From: Limnohabitans sp. | GTDB taxonomy: Bacteria > Pseudomonadota > Gammaproteobacteria > Burkholderiales > Burkholderiaceae_C | Length of the DNA stretch: 64,000 nt | Direction: 5' to 3' | NCBI RefSeq assembly: GCF_031539105.1 | Contig: NZ_JAVKLM010000009.1 | Location: forward strand, 83,387 to 147,386 | Shown here: piece by piece, positions 19,357-28,730 of the stretch | Layout: each line of letters opens with the position of its first letter | Numbering within the stretch: the first letter of the stretch is position 1 | Made by a program: the position numbers and the translations under genes | Notes under the pieces: generated by a model | What the model was told of the DNA's origin: nothing | Databases searched by the model: none | Seen by the model: only the letters and a program-made list of their open reading frames with translations

Positions 19357-19982
19357 TTCTTCACTCCTTCAACTTTGGCGGGCGCTTGGCCTGCTTGCTT
19401 AGAGCCGTAAGCCGTGCCCCAGCCCCACACTTCCGCACCCTTGTTGCGCTTGACCACGCGGTTACGGAAGATGTCGGCCACCATGTCGCCGTCACCGGCG
19501 AGCAAAGCTTTGGTCGAACACATTTCGGCACAAGCAGGCAACTTACCTTCGGCCAAACGGTTGCGACCGTATTTTTCAAACTCAGCATGGCTACCGTTGG
19601 CTTCTGGGCCGCCGGCGCAGAAGGTGCACTTATCCATCTTGCCGCGTACACCGAAGGTGCCTTGGCTTGGGAACTGAGGTGCGCCAAATGGGCAAGCGTA
19701 AGAGCAGTAGCCGCAGCCAATGCAAATGTCTTTGTCGTGCAAGACCACGCCTTCGTCAGTCTTGTAGAAGCAGTTCACGGGGCAAACAGCCATACAAGGC
19801 GCGTCCGAACAATGCATACACGCGACAGAGATTGATTTCTCGCCGGGTACACCGTCGTTCAACGTGACCACACGGCGGCGGTTCACACCCCATGGGACTT
19901 CGTGTTCATTTTTACAAGCGGTGACGCAACCGTTGCACTCGATGCAACGCTCTGCGTCACAAATAAATTTCATGCGTGCCAT
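19353..19982 (-). CDS. fdoH: Formate dehydrogenase iron-sulfur (beta) subunit
   Basis: Four ferredoxin-type Cys clusters: CIECNGCVTAC, CMHCSDAPCMAVCP, CIGCGYCSYACP, CTFC. Confidence 0.92.
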   Translation of the reverse strand: MARMKFICDAERCIECNGCVTACKNEHEVPWGVNRRRVVTLNDGVPGEKSISVACMHCSDAPCMAVCPVNCFYKTDEGVVLHDKDICIGCGYCSYACPFGAPQFPSQGTFGVRGKMDKCTFCAGGPEANGSHAEFEKYGRNRLAEGKLPACAEMCSTKALLAGDGDMVADIFRNRVVKRNKGAEVWGWGTAYGSKQAGQAPAKVEGVKK

Positions 19983-19992
19983 TTAATTCTCC

Positions 19993-22956
19993 TTAGGCGC
20001 GTTCGATGTCGCAAACGGTGGTTTTGGTTTCTTGCATCATGGTGACGCTGTCATAACCATAGGTGGTGGCCGTATTGACGGCTTCACCGCGCACGATAGG
20101 CGCAGCACCTTTGGGGTAGTACTTGAGCATGTCTTCACCTTGCCAGCGACCTGAGAAGTGGAAAGGCATCCAAACGGTGCCAGTGTCCACACGCTCGGTG
20201 ACCAAGGCTTGCACGTTCAAACGTGCGCCGGTGGGGCTCTTCAACCACACGCGCTCGCCGTTGCGAATGCCACGGTTAGCCGCTGTCTTGGGGTTGATCT
20301 CGACAAATGCTTCTTGTTGCAACTCGGCCAACCATGGGTTGGAACGGGTCTCTTCGCCGCCACCTTCGTACTCGACCAAACGGCCAGAGGTGAGGATGAG
20401 TGGGAACTTCTCGTGCACCTTGTCGGCGATGTTTTTGTCTTGGATCGTTTTGTACAAGGTGGGCAGACGCCAGAACGCTTTTTTGTCGGCGTGCGTGGGG
20501 TACTTTTCCATCAAGTCGGGGCGCGTGCCATACAAAGGCTCGCGGTGCTGAGGGATTGGATCTGGGAAGTTCCACACAACGGCACGCGCTTTGGCGTTAC
20601 CGAAAGGATGGCAACCGTGGTTTTGCATGAACACACGCATCATGCCGCCCGAGTTGTCAGTCTTCCAGTTCTTACCTTCGGCCAATGCTTTTTCCGCATC
20701 GGTGAGTTCGTCCCACCAGCCGAGCTTCTTGAGCAACACGTGGTCGAGTTCAGGGTAGCCCGTGGTGATGTCAGCGCCTTTGGAGTGCGAACCATCTTCG
20801 GACAACAAGTTTTTGCCATCTTTTTCCACACCGAAGTTGGCGCGGAAGTTACCGCCGCCTTCCATGACGTGTTTGGAGGTGTCGTACAGGTTGGGTGAGC
20901 CTGGGTGCTTGAGTTCGGGCGTGCCGTAGCAAGGCCAAGGCAGGCCGAAGTAGTCACCACCAAAGTCGTAGCCAGTTTCTTTGTCTTTGCCGCCTTTGGA
21001 CTTGAGGGTCTTCACGTCGAACAAATGCATGTTCTTCATGTGAGCCTTCAAGCGCTCTGGGCTTTGGCCGGTGTAGCCAATGGTCCAAACCGACTTGTTG
21101 ATTTCGCGCAAGATGTCTTCGACCATGGGTTCGTCCATGCCTTTGACTTTTTGCAGCTTGTAGTTCTTAACCAGCTCAGGGCCAAAGCCCAGTTTTTGCG
21201 CGAACTGATACATGATCATGTGGTCAGAACGGCTCTCCCACAATGGCTCAATGACCTTCTCACGCCATTGAATAGAGCGGTTCGATGCCGTGCATGAGCC
21301 ACTGGTTTCAAACTGCGTGGCAGCAGGCAACAGGTATACCGCGCGGTTGGGGTTGAGGTCTTCGGCTTTGCCGGGCATGGCTGCCATGGCGGCAGTCGCT
21401 GATGGATAGGGATCAACCACCACCAACAAGTCCAGCTTGTCCATGGCGCGCTTCATCTCCAAACCACGGGTCTGCGAGTTGGGAGCATGGCCCCAATAGA
21501 ACACTGCCTTGAGGTTGCTGTCTTGGTCGATGAGTTCGTTCTTCTCCATCACGCCGTCGATCCAGCGTGACAAAGTGATACCGGGCTTGCTCATCATGGC
21601 AGGTGAAGCAAAGCGGCCTTTGATCCAATCAAATTCAACGCCCCACGCTTTGGCGAAGTGCTTCCATGAGCCTTCCACCAAGCCGTAGTAGCCAGGCAAT
21701 GAATCAGGGTTAGGACCCACGTCGGTCGCGCCTTGCACGTTGTCGTGACCACGGAAAATGTTGGTGCCGCCGCCGGACTTGCCGATGTTGCCTAAGGCCA
21801 ACTGCAAGATACACGAGGCACGCACGATGGCGTTACCTGTGGTGTGCTGTGTCTGGCCCATACACCACACCACGGTACCGGGGTTGTTTTCGTGCAGCAT
21901 CTTGGCCACGAGGGTCACTTGTTCAGGTGACACGCCGCAGACTTCTTCGACTTTGTCGAGCGTCCACTTGGCCATGACTTCTTCTTTGACCTTGTCCATG
22001 CCGAACACGCGGTCGTTGATGTACTTTTTGTCTTCCCAGCCATTTTTGAAGATGACGTGCAACAGACCAAAGATGAAAGCGATGTCAGAGCCTGAACGGA
22101 TGCGAACGTACTCATCAGCCTTGGCTGCTGTGCGCGTGAAACGCGGGTCGACCACGATCATCTTGCAGCCGTTTTCTTTGGCGTGCAGCATGTGCAACAT
22201 CGAAACGGGGTGGGCTTCTGCAGCGTTAGAGCCGATGTACATTGCGACCTTGCTGTTTTGCATGTCGTTGTACGAGTTGGTCATCGCGCCGTAACCCCAG
22301 GTATTGGCTACACCAGCAACTGTGGTGGAGTGGCAAATACGGGCTTGGTGGTCACAGTTGTTACTACCGAAGTAGCTGACAAACTTGCGCAGCAAATAGG
22401 CTTGTTCGTTGTTGTGCTTGGAGGAACCAATCCAGTACACACTGTCTGGACCAGAAGTCTTGCGCAAGTCGATCAACTTAGCACTGATCTCTTCCAATGC
22501 GGTATCCCAGCTGATGCGTTCGTACTTGCCGTTCACCAATTTCATGGGGTAACGCAAGCGGAACTCACCGTGGCCGTGCTCACGCAGGGCCGCACCTTTG
22601 GCGCAATGAGCGCCGAGGTTGATGGGGGAATCAAACACGGGCTCTTGGCGCACCCAGACACCGTTTTCAACCACGGCATCCACAGCGCAGCCCACCGAGC
22701 AGTGGGTACAAACGGTGCGCTTGACTTCAATCTTGCTTGCGCCGTCGCTAGAAAACGCGCCAGAGGCATTGGCTTTTTTGACCAAGCTCAGCTGCGTGGC
22801 AGCCAAGCCCACACCAATGCCCAAACCAGAGCGGCGCAAAAAGCCACGACGGTCAAGGGTTGGCAAAGCTTGTGACAAGCCGCGTTGCAAGCGGCCTACA
22901 AAGGCTGAGCTGCCAGTGGTTTGGGCAGCCGAATCGGTTTTACGGGTTAATAACAT
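19993..22956 (-). CDS. fdoG: Formate dehydrogenase alpha subunit (molybdopterin, Tat-exported, Cys-type)
   Basis: Twin-arginine signal DRRGFLRRSGLGIG and N-terminal 4Fe-4S motif CTHCSVGCAVD. The active-site region reads ARICHSTTV, with Cys where Sec enzymes have an in-frame TGA. Confidence 0.95.
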   Translation of the reverse strand: MLLTRKTDSAAQTTGSSAFVGRLQRGLSQALPTLDRRGFLRRSGLGIGVGLAATQLSLVKKANASGAFSSDGASKIEVKRTVCTHCSVGCAVDAVVENGVWVRQEPVFDSPINLGAHCAKGAALREHGHGEFRLRYPMKLVNGKYERISWDTALEEISAKLIDLRKTSGPDSVYWIGSSKHNNEQAYLLRKFVSYFGSNNCDHQARICHSTTVAGVANTWGYGAMTNSYNDMQNSKVAMYIGSNAAEAHPVSMLHMLHAKENGCKMIVVDPRFTRTAAKADEYVRIRSGSDIAFIFGLLHVIFKNGWEDKKYINDRVFGMDKVKEEVMAKWTLDKVEEVCGVSPEQVTLVAKMLHENNPGTVVWCMGQTQHTTGNAIVRASCILQLALGNIGKSGGGTNIFRGHDNVQGATDVGPNPDSLPGYYGLVEGSWKHFAKAWGVEFDWIKGRFASPAMMSKPGITLSRWIDGVMEKNELIDQDSNLKAVFYWGHAPNSQTRGLEMKRAMDKLDLLVVVDPYPSATAAMAAMPGKAEDLNPNRAVYLLPAATQFETSGSCTASNRSIQWREKVIEPLWESRSDHMIMYQFAQKLGFGPELVKNYKLQKVKGMDEPMVEDILREINKSVWTIGYTGQSPERLKAHMKNMHLFDVKTLKSKGGKDKETGYDFGGDYFGLPWPCYGTPELKHPGSPNLYDTSKHVMEGGGNFRANFGVEKDGKNLLSEDGSHSKGADITTGYPELDHVLLKKLGWWDELTDAEKALAEGKNWKTDNSGGMMRVFMQNHGCHPFGNAKARAVVWNFPDPIPQHREPLYGTRPDLMEKYPTHADKKAFWRLPTLYKTIQDKNIADKVHEKFPLILTSGRLVEYEGGGEETRSNPWLAELQQEAFVEINPKTAANRGIRNGERVWLKSPTGARLNVQALVTERVDTGTVWMPFHFSGRWQGEDMLKYYPKGAAPIVRGEAVNTATTYGYDSVTMMQETKTTVCDIERA

Positions 22957-22966
22957 GTGGGCTCCT

Positions 22967-23197
22967 TCAGACGCGGGTGGTCTGGTAGTAACGCTTGACG
23001 TGTTCGCTCAAGCTGTAGCCGCCACCGTTTTCGGGCGCGGGGGGGAGTTTGTTCAGTTCAGCAGAAGGGGTGCTGAGGCCGGGCATCGCAGTGACTGCGG
23101 CAGTGGCCGCACCGACAGCAGCGGCACCCATGAAAAAGCCACGACGCGACGGTGTTGGTTGCGAATTGGCTTGGTCTTTAGCTTGTTCTTTTTGCAT
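22967..23197 (-). CDS. Formate dehydrogenase region TAT-target small protein
   Basis: 76 aa with SRRGFFMGAAAVGAA twin-arginine motif and a conserved C-terminus (YSLSEHVKRYYQTTRV). Lies 10 nt upstream of fdh alpha. Confidence 0.8.
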   Translation of the reverse strand: MQKEQAKDQANSQPTPSRRGFFMGAAAVGAATAAVTAMPGLSTPSAELNKLPPAPENGGGYSLSEHVKRYYQTTRV

Positions 23198-23308
23198 TTA
23201 GAGCTCCTCGTGATGTCGTGGGTATGCACGACTTTGCATAATGTACCAATGATGTGAGTTCGCGCAGTACGTAGAAACGTCAGTAAGCCCAAAACTCGGT
23301 CGGGATTT

Positions 23309-23333
23309 GTGACAAAAAAATGTTTTTTGTCAC
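23309..23333. repeat. Perfect 11-bp inverted repeat GTGACAAAAAA-N3-TTTTTTGTCAC in the fdh upstream region
   Basis: Read directly and verified against the frame of the overlapping ORF in the track. Lies between the TorD-like stop (23383) and the TAT-target start (23197). Confidence 0.6.
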
Positions 23334-23382
23334 GTAGGCGTCTCACGCACCTATCAAAAGAAAAAATGAGGTCCTGTCATCC

Positions 23383-24000
23383 TTAAGCCAGCATGTCAAA
23401 ACCCTGGGCTTCCACACTGACAAACGCACGCGTCAGCTCGGCCAAGACGGCATAAAAACGTGCACGCGGCGTGGCTTGCAAGGCATCACAAAACGCAGGC
23501 AACCAGGGTTGCACATGGGCGGCAAAAAACTTGGCTTGCTGCGTGAGGTTAGACACGGACACATCATCGCCCGCCACCAAAAAGCGCATAACCTCAAACA
23601 CATAAGACACATGGTCTTCAGTTTCAGACATGGTGGTGTCGTCGCGACCCAAGCCCAGTGCGGCCAAATCGGTACGCAATTGCGCCAAGGGCTTTTCATT
23701 CAAAAAGCCAGTTAAAAAGTGCGAAGCAAACACATACACCTCGGGCTTGCCCACACCGCCAAACAGGGCGTTGTGCTCGGCTTGGATGGTCTGGTCGTCC
23801 ATGTCGCGAGCCACACCCACCAGCTGACGCCAAGGCTCTTCCAAAAAACCACCTGAGGCAGGCGCATCAGTTGCGGCTACACGCAACTGCGCCAACAGCT
23901 CGGGGCGTGCGGGCGCGTAAAACAACTCGGAAATCAAACCGTACAGCTCGGCGCGTGCGGTTTCTTCGTCAAGGGCAGAGGACAAATGAGGTTCGGTCAT
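23383..24000 (-). CDS. TorD/DmsD-family redox enzyme maturation chaperone
   Basis: 205-aa all-helical protein (RAELYGLISELFYAP..., HNALFGG, EDHVSYVFEVM), the typical TorD-like pattern. Confidence 0.8.
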   Translation of the reverse strand: MTEPHLSSALDEETARAELYGLISELFYAPARPELLAQLRVAATDAPASGGFLEEPWRQLVGVARDMDDQTIQAEHNALFGGVGKPEVYVFASHFLTGFLNEKPLAQLRTDLAALGLGRDDTTMSETEDHVSYVFEVMRFLVAGDDVSVSNLTQQAKFFAAHVQPWLPAFCDALQATPRARFYAVLAELTRAFVSVEAQGFDMLA

Positions 24001-24008
24001 ACAAATAT

Positions 24009-26108
24009 TTAAACGATTTTTTGCTCGTCGCCGGCAGAGTAAATGTCAATCACGCGGCAGTCACCGCACATCTTGAGGCGCTCCAACGCGGCGCCCTGAA
24101 ACATGGAATGGCCAGCCAGTTTGCCAATCATGGCTTCGATGCCTTTGAGCGTGCCAAAGGGTTTGCGGCAACGCACGCAGCCGTAGGGCTGGGTTTCGTT
24201 GAGCACACGCACTTCTTTGCGTTGAGGCGTGAGCAACAAACGTGGCACAAGGCTGAGCGCTTTTTCGGGGCAGGTGCTGACGCACAAGCCGCACTGCACG
24301 CAGTTCTTTTCAAAGAAGCGCAACTGAGGCGCTTGTTGGTTGTCTTGCAGCGCGTTGGCGGGACAGGCGCTGACACAGCTCATGCACAAGGTGCAACTGT
24401 CTTTGTTGACCTCAACCGTGCCGAAAAGCGAGCCATCTTTGGGCAATGCCAAGGCTTCTGGGGCGGTGGCAGTTTTCAAAACTGGCGCGTGCTCCAGTAA
24501 GTGGTCGATCACCATGCTCAGCGTGCTGCGTTTTTCAGCCATCACCGCAAACGTGGCGGCGGGCACGGAGCTGCTCAGTCGTTGTTTGCCTGTGGTGAGA
24601 CGTTGCAGTTCGCCATCGAGCTCCATGGCTTGTGAGGCGTGCACCAACTGCACGGACATCTGGCCAGCCTTGGCGTAGCCCAAGCCTTCGAGCATGGTCT
24701 GCGCTTGTGCCATTTGCGCTTGTAAGCCGTCGGCATATTGCGGCGCTTCTTCGGCCGTGTTGAGCACCAGCACTTGCGCGGCGCCATAGGCCAAGGCCGT
24801 GAGCCACACATCCAACCCAAGGCTGGCGGTGTGCCACAACGACACGGGAATCACATGCGCTGGCAAACCTTTGGCCACTTTGAGCTGTGCCGCACGGCCC
24901 AGTTCATTCACCAAGGCAAGGCCCGCGTCTTGGCTGTGCAACAAGATGACTGCGTCTTTACCGCCTGCTTTTTGGTAGGTGCCGAGCAAGGTCTTGAGCT
25001 TGACGCCTTGCTCGCTTGCACGTGGGTAAGCGTAGGTCAAGGCACCTGTGGGGCACACCGTGGTGCACGCACCGCAGCCCACGCACAGGTTGGGGTTGAC
25101 CTTGATTTGTTGGCGCGACTTGTCAGAACTCACCGCTTCGGCAGAGCAAATGTCTACGCAAGCGTTGCAGCCCACTTGTTCGTTGCGGCTATGGGCGCAG
25201 AGTTTTTGTTTGTAGTCAAAGAACTTGGGCTTTTCAAACTCACCCACCAACTCGCGCAAGCGCAGCAAGTTGGCGGCCGTGGCGCCACGGAAATAGCCTT
25301 GGGGCAACGCGTGGCGGTTGAATGCGGTTTGCTCGCGCAAATCGAGCACGAGGTCAAACTCCGCCGTTTCTTCTTGCGCCTCGCGCTGAAAATTAATTGC
25401 ACCAATCGCACCGCACGCTGTCACGCAGTCGCGGTGCGAACTGCATTTGCTCAGGTCAATTTGGTAATCCAAACCAATCGCTTGCTCGGGGCAAGCGGCC
25501 ACGCAAGCGTTGCAGCGTGTGCACAGATCTAGGTCAATCGGGTTGTTGTTTTGCCAAGTGAGCTTGAACGCACCCAACCAGCCGTCCACGCGCAGTACCT
25601 GGCCGCCCAGCACGGGATAACGGCGGCTTTGTGCGCCGCCAGCCACGCCAGCGCCTTGGGTGAAGATCGTCACGTTCAGCGTATCGGCCAGCAAGGCTGC
25701 GGCTTGTTCGGCTTCATCCATCTGCCCCAAAATCAGCAGACGCCCTGCACTCTTAAAGGTGACGGTGGGCACGGGCTCGGGGTCAGGCAAATGCGCAGCG
25801 GCTAAGAGTGCTGCAATTTTGGGAGATGCGTTTTTGGCGTCTGCACTCCAGCCACCGGTCTCACGGATGTTGACAAATTTAATGACCGATGTTTTGGCTT
25901 GCGCCTCCACAGCCAAGTCGCCAAACAGGCGTTGCTCTTGGGTGCAGGCCACCACCACGTCGTCCGTGCCTTGCACGGCTTGGATGAAAGCGCCCGCTTC
26001 ACGGCGGCACAAAGCGGTGTGCAGCGTGAGCGGCTCAGACAGGCTTTGGCTCAGTGCCTTCGGGTCTAGCGGTTGGGTCTGGTTGCAGTCGCAAATCAGC
26101 GTGGTCAT
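24009..26108 (-). CDS. Multi-cluster 4Fe-4S ferredoxin-domain protein (polyferredoxin)
   Basis: Several CxxCxxCxxxCP motifs (CTRCNACVAACP, CVGCGACTTVCP, CTLCMSCVSACP, CVQCGLCVSTCP). Start set at MTTLICDCNQT; the ORF also allows 26186/26189. Confidence 0.8.
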   Translation of the reverse strand: MTTLICDCNQTQPLDPKALSQSLSEPLTLHTALCRREAGAFIQAVQGTDDVVVACTQEQRLFGDLAVEAQAKTSVIKFVNIRETGGWSADAKNASPKIAALLAAAHLPDPEPVPTVTFKSAGRLLILGQMDEAEQAAALLADTLNVTIFTQGAGVAGGAQSRRYPVLGGQVLRVDGWLGAFKLTWQNNNPIDLDLCTRCNACVAACPEQAIGLDYQIDLSKCSSHRDCVTACGAIGAINFQREAQEETAEFDLVLDLREQTAFNRHALPQGYFRGATAANLLRLRELVGEFEKPKFFDYKQKLCAHSRNEQVGCNACVDICSAEAVSSDKSRQQIKVNPNLCVGCGACTTVCPTGALTYAYPRASEQGVKLKTLLGTYQKAGGKDAVILLHSQDAGLALVNELGRAAQLKVAKGLPAHVIPVSLWHTASLGLDVWLTALAYGAAQVLVLNTAEEAPQYADGLQAQMAQAQTMLEGLGYAKAGQMSVQLVHASQAMELDGELQRLTTGKQRLSSSVPAATFAVMAEKRSTLSMVIDHLLEHAPVLKTATAPEALALPKDGSLFGTVEVNKDSCTLCMSCVSACPANALQDNQQAPQLRFFEKNCVQCGLCVSTCPEKALSLVPRLLLTPQRKEVRVLNETQPYGCVRCRKPFGTLKGIEAMIGKLAGHSMFQGAALERLKMCGDCRVIDIYSAGDEQKIV

Positions 26109-26616
26109 GCGTGTTGGGCTCAGGGTTAGAAGTATTTTCAGCAGGGACGGACTGTGCCACGACTTTGACGTCGTCTGGCTCGTCATCAAATAAATTCAAT
26201 GTTTTGGCACTGGTCATCTGGCGCAACATGGCCAAGGGCAGCGGGTCGGGGATGCCGTAGTCATCGATGTAAATGTCTAAGCGGTCCATCACATTGAAGT
26301 GCGGGTCGGCAAACAGCTTTTTCATGGCTGCGTTTTTCACATCAGGTGCGACGCCTCGGACCATGAAACCCGTGAAGTCAGACTCAGGTGTGAGTTGCTG
26401 GGTGTCGGCCAAGGTCGGAACAGGCGCGGGAGTTGTTGGATGCACCGATGTTGGCAAGCTCGCTGACACATGGACAACTTCTGCCACAGCAGGTTTGGGC
26501 TCGTCTAACGGACGCCCCTCACGCACATCAATTTTGCGGCGTGACCAGCGGCTTAAAAAGCCAGCGGGGCTGTCATCGTCATTGGCCATGACCGCCTCCG
26601 TTGTGCTGGCCGCCAC
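26035..26616 (-). CDS. DUF3306-like protein
   Basis: N-terminal GFLSRWSRRK motif and an acidic C-terminal region, recognised from memory of DUF3306. The start may be the second Met (26589). Confidence 0.7.
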   Translation of the reverse strand: MAASTTEAVMANDDDSPAGFLSRWSRRKIDVREGRPLDEPKPAVAEVVHVSASLPTSVHPTTPAPVPTLADTQQLTPESDFTGFMVRGVAPDVKNAAMKKLFADPHFNVMDRLDIYIDDYGIPDPLPLAMLRQMTSAKTLNLFDDEPDDVKVVAQSVPAENTSNPEPNTHDHADLRLQPDPTARPEGTEPKPV

Positions 26617-27181
26617 CGCGAATTTTTTCAGTGCTCACGGACGCCGGGTTGCCAAAGCGGTCTTGCAAAGTTCGGAAGCTGTCAGGCCGACGGCGGCGCT
26701 TGGCTTCGACCACCCGGTGTTCGTCGATGAATTCACGCATCCAAGCCACCACTTCGCTGGGGGCGGGCACTTGATCTACGTTTTCTTGGGCGTCTAGCCA
26801 GCGGCCAGCGTCGTGATAACTCAGACTGACCATGGTGGGCACAGCCATCACGTCGTCGCCGATGCTGGGCTCTTCTTCCATCCGCCACAACACAAACCAG
26901 CACGGCGCAGGTGACGAAGCGTTGAGGTAGTAGCCCTCGGCATCGTCTTTGAACAGCTCCACCGTGAAGCCAGGGTGCAGCCAAATTTGTTCGTCATCCG
27001 TTTGGCGCATGCAGCGCGGCTCGGTGCCAAAGTGCTCGGCATGCGGCTGCACGTCGTGACCCGTCACGTCGTGCAGCACCCAACGCCAAGGCTGCCATCG
27101 GCTCATGTCGCCGGGCACGCGCTCGCGGCGCATGACGACGGCGACTTGGAGGCTAGGACGTTGCGTCATGTTGGACATCAA
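26579..27181 (-). CDS. DUF3305-like protein
   Basis: 200 aa, Trp-rich (SRWQPWRWVLHDV, CWFVLWRMEEE). Sits immediately upstream of the DUF3306-like gene, as in other fdh loci. Start overlaps the apbC stop by 4 nt. Confidence 0.7.
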   Translation of the reverse strand: MMSNMTQRPSLQVAVVMRRERVPGDMSRWQPWRWVLHDVTGHDVQPHAEHFGTEPRCMRQTDDEQIWLHPGFTVELFKDDAEGYYLNASSPAPCWFVLWRMEEEPSIGDDVMAVPTMVSLSYHDAGRWLDAQENVDQVPAPSEVVAWMREFIDEHRVVEAKRRRRPDSFRTLQDRFGNPASVSTEKIRGGGQHNGGGHGQ

Positions 27182-28269
27182 GTCTCTTTGGAGATTTTGA
27201 TACTCGGGAACTTGCTCGAAAAGTCTTTGGCTTTCGCGGCAATCTTCACCGCCACTTGACGAGCCACGGCCTTGTAGATGGTGGCAACTTCGCCATCAGG
27301 ATCGGCCACCACGGTCGGTTTGCCGCTGTCGGCTTGCAGGCGAATTTGCATATTCAGGGGCAATGCGCCCAAATAGTCCATGCCGTCTTTTGCGGCCAAT
27401 TTCTTGCCGCCATCTGCGCCAAAAATGTGTTCAATGTGTCCGCAATTCGTGCACACGTGCACGGCCATGTTCTCGACCAAACCGAGGATGGGCACGCCCA
27501 CCTTTTCAAACATCTTGATGCCTTTTTTAGCATCGAGCAATGCAATGTCTTGCGGTGTGGTGACGATGACCGCGCCGGTCATGGGCACGCGTTGGCTCAG
27601 TGTGAGCTGAATGTCGCCCGTGCCGGGGGGCATGTCGACGATCAAATAATCCAAGGCTTTCCAGTTGGTTTGGCGCAGCAGTTGCTCCAGTGCTTGCGTG
27701 GCCATGGGGCCGCGCCAAATCATGGCTTCGTCTTGGTCCACCAAGAAGCCGATGGACATGACTTGCACGCCGTAGTTCTCCATCGGATCCATGGTTTGGC
27801 CGTCGCTGCTCTCAGGGCGGCCTTCAATGCCCATCATCATGGGCTGGCTGGGGCCGTAAATGTCGGCGTCCAGCAAACCCACGCTGGCGCCCTCGGCGGC
27901 CAAGGCCAAGGCCAAGTTGGCGGCGGTGGTGCTTTTGCCCACGCCGCCTTTGCCCGAGGCCACGGCAATGATGTTTTTGACTTGAGGCAACAAGGCCACA
28001 CCGCGCTGCGCGGCGTGCGCCACGATATTCATGGTGATGTTGGCCGACACGTTGCTCACGCCCGGCACGCTCTTGGCAGCGGCGATCAGCTCTTTGCGAA
28101 AACCCGCAATTTGGCTTTTGGCGGGGTAGCCCAGCACCACATCAAACGACACGTCGCCGCCGTTGATTTGCAGATTTTTCAGCGCTTTGGTGGTGACAAA
28201 GTCTTTGCCCGTGTTGGGATCGATGACCGTCTGCAGGGCGGCAGTCAGGGTTTGTTCATTCAGAGACAT
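27178..28269 (-). CDS. apbC: Iron-sulfur cluster carrier ATPase (Mrp/ApbC/NBP35 family)
   Basis: N-terminal DUF59-like domain, deviant Walker A ASGKGGVGKSTTAANLA, and CxxC CTNCGH. Confidence 0.93.
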   Translation of the reverse strand: MSLNEQTLTAALQTVIDPNTGKDFVTTKALKNLQINGGDVSFDVVLGYPAKSQIAGFRKELIAAAKSVPGVSNVSANITMNIVAHAAQRGVALLPQVKNIIAVASGKGGVGKSTTAANLALALAAEGASVGLLDADIYGPSQPMMMGIEGRPESSDGQTMDPMENYGVQVMSIGFLVDQDEAMIWRGPMATQALEQLLRQTNWKALDYLIVDMPPGTGDIQLTLSQRVPMTGAVIVTTPQDIALLDAKKGIKMFEKVGVPILGLVENMAVHVCTNCGHIEHIFGADGGKKLAAKDGMDYLGALPLNMQIRLQADSGKPTVVADPDGEVATIYKAVARQVAVKIAAKAKDFSSKFPSIKISKET

Positions 28270-28392
28270 AAAAACTTCTTAATATTGAAATAGGAATTGC
28301 GGGCAAGTCTATCGCGCCACGTTTGACCGCACGCAGCAGAGGCCATCCCTGCGACTGAGCGCAGATAAAAATAAGGCTCGCGCTAGCGCCGA

Positions 28393-28674
28393 TCAGGCGT
28401 TTTTGCGCGCGACCCAATAAGTCGCGCCTTCGGCGCCGTAGCGCTCCGCATGTGGCAGATCGGGCTTTAACTCAAAAATAGAGCCTGGTACGAGGTGCTG
28501 AGTCTGGCCATTCATGGTCAGCCACATCTCGCCTTGTGTCAGCAAGGCGTGCACGCCAAACGGATGCGCGTGGGTGTCCAACACGGTGTTGGGGGCCCAT
28601 TCGCGCTCGATCACTTCGTCATAGCCAGCAGCTAGGGCTTTTTGTTGAAATTCGTCAAAGTTGGGGAGGTCCAT
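28393..28674 (-). CDS. Small cupin-domain protein
   Basis: 93 aa with [18 protein letters not shown]...[14 protein letters not shown], a cupin two-motif pattern. Confidence 0.7.
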   Translation of the reverse strand: MDLPNFDEFQQKALAAGYDEVIEREWAPNTVLDTHAHPFGVHALLTQGEMWLTMNGQTQHLVPGSIFELKPDLPHAERYGAEGATYWVARKNA

Positions 28675-28730
28675 GGGTAGATTCTCCAGGAACTAAAATC
28701 GACCCCTTCGCCTTAAGGTCTTGTTCTCAA

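Noticed and set aside
19993-22956. Possible selenocysteine (in-frame TGA plus SECIS) in the formate dehydrogenase alpha subunit.
   Set aside because: The ORF is uninterrupted and the active-site position reads Cys (ARICHSTTV), so this is a Cys-type enzyme.
23053-23346. 97-aa minus-strand ORF covering the fdh upstream spacer and palindrome.
   Set aside because: It overlaps the TAT-target gene out of frame and is Lys/Arg-rich with no signals. The spacer is better explained as regulatory DNA.
27256-28293. 345-aa plus-strand ORF opposite apbC.
   Set aside because: It is a shadow ORF. The minus-strand frame carries the Mrp P-loop and CxxC motifs, while this frame is low-complexity His/Gly/Ala/Gln-rich.
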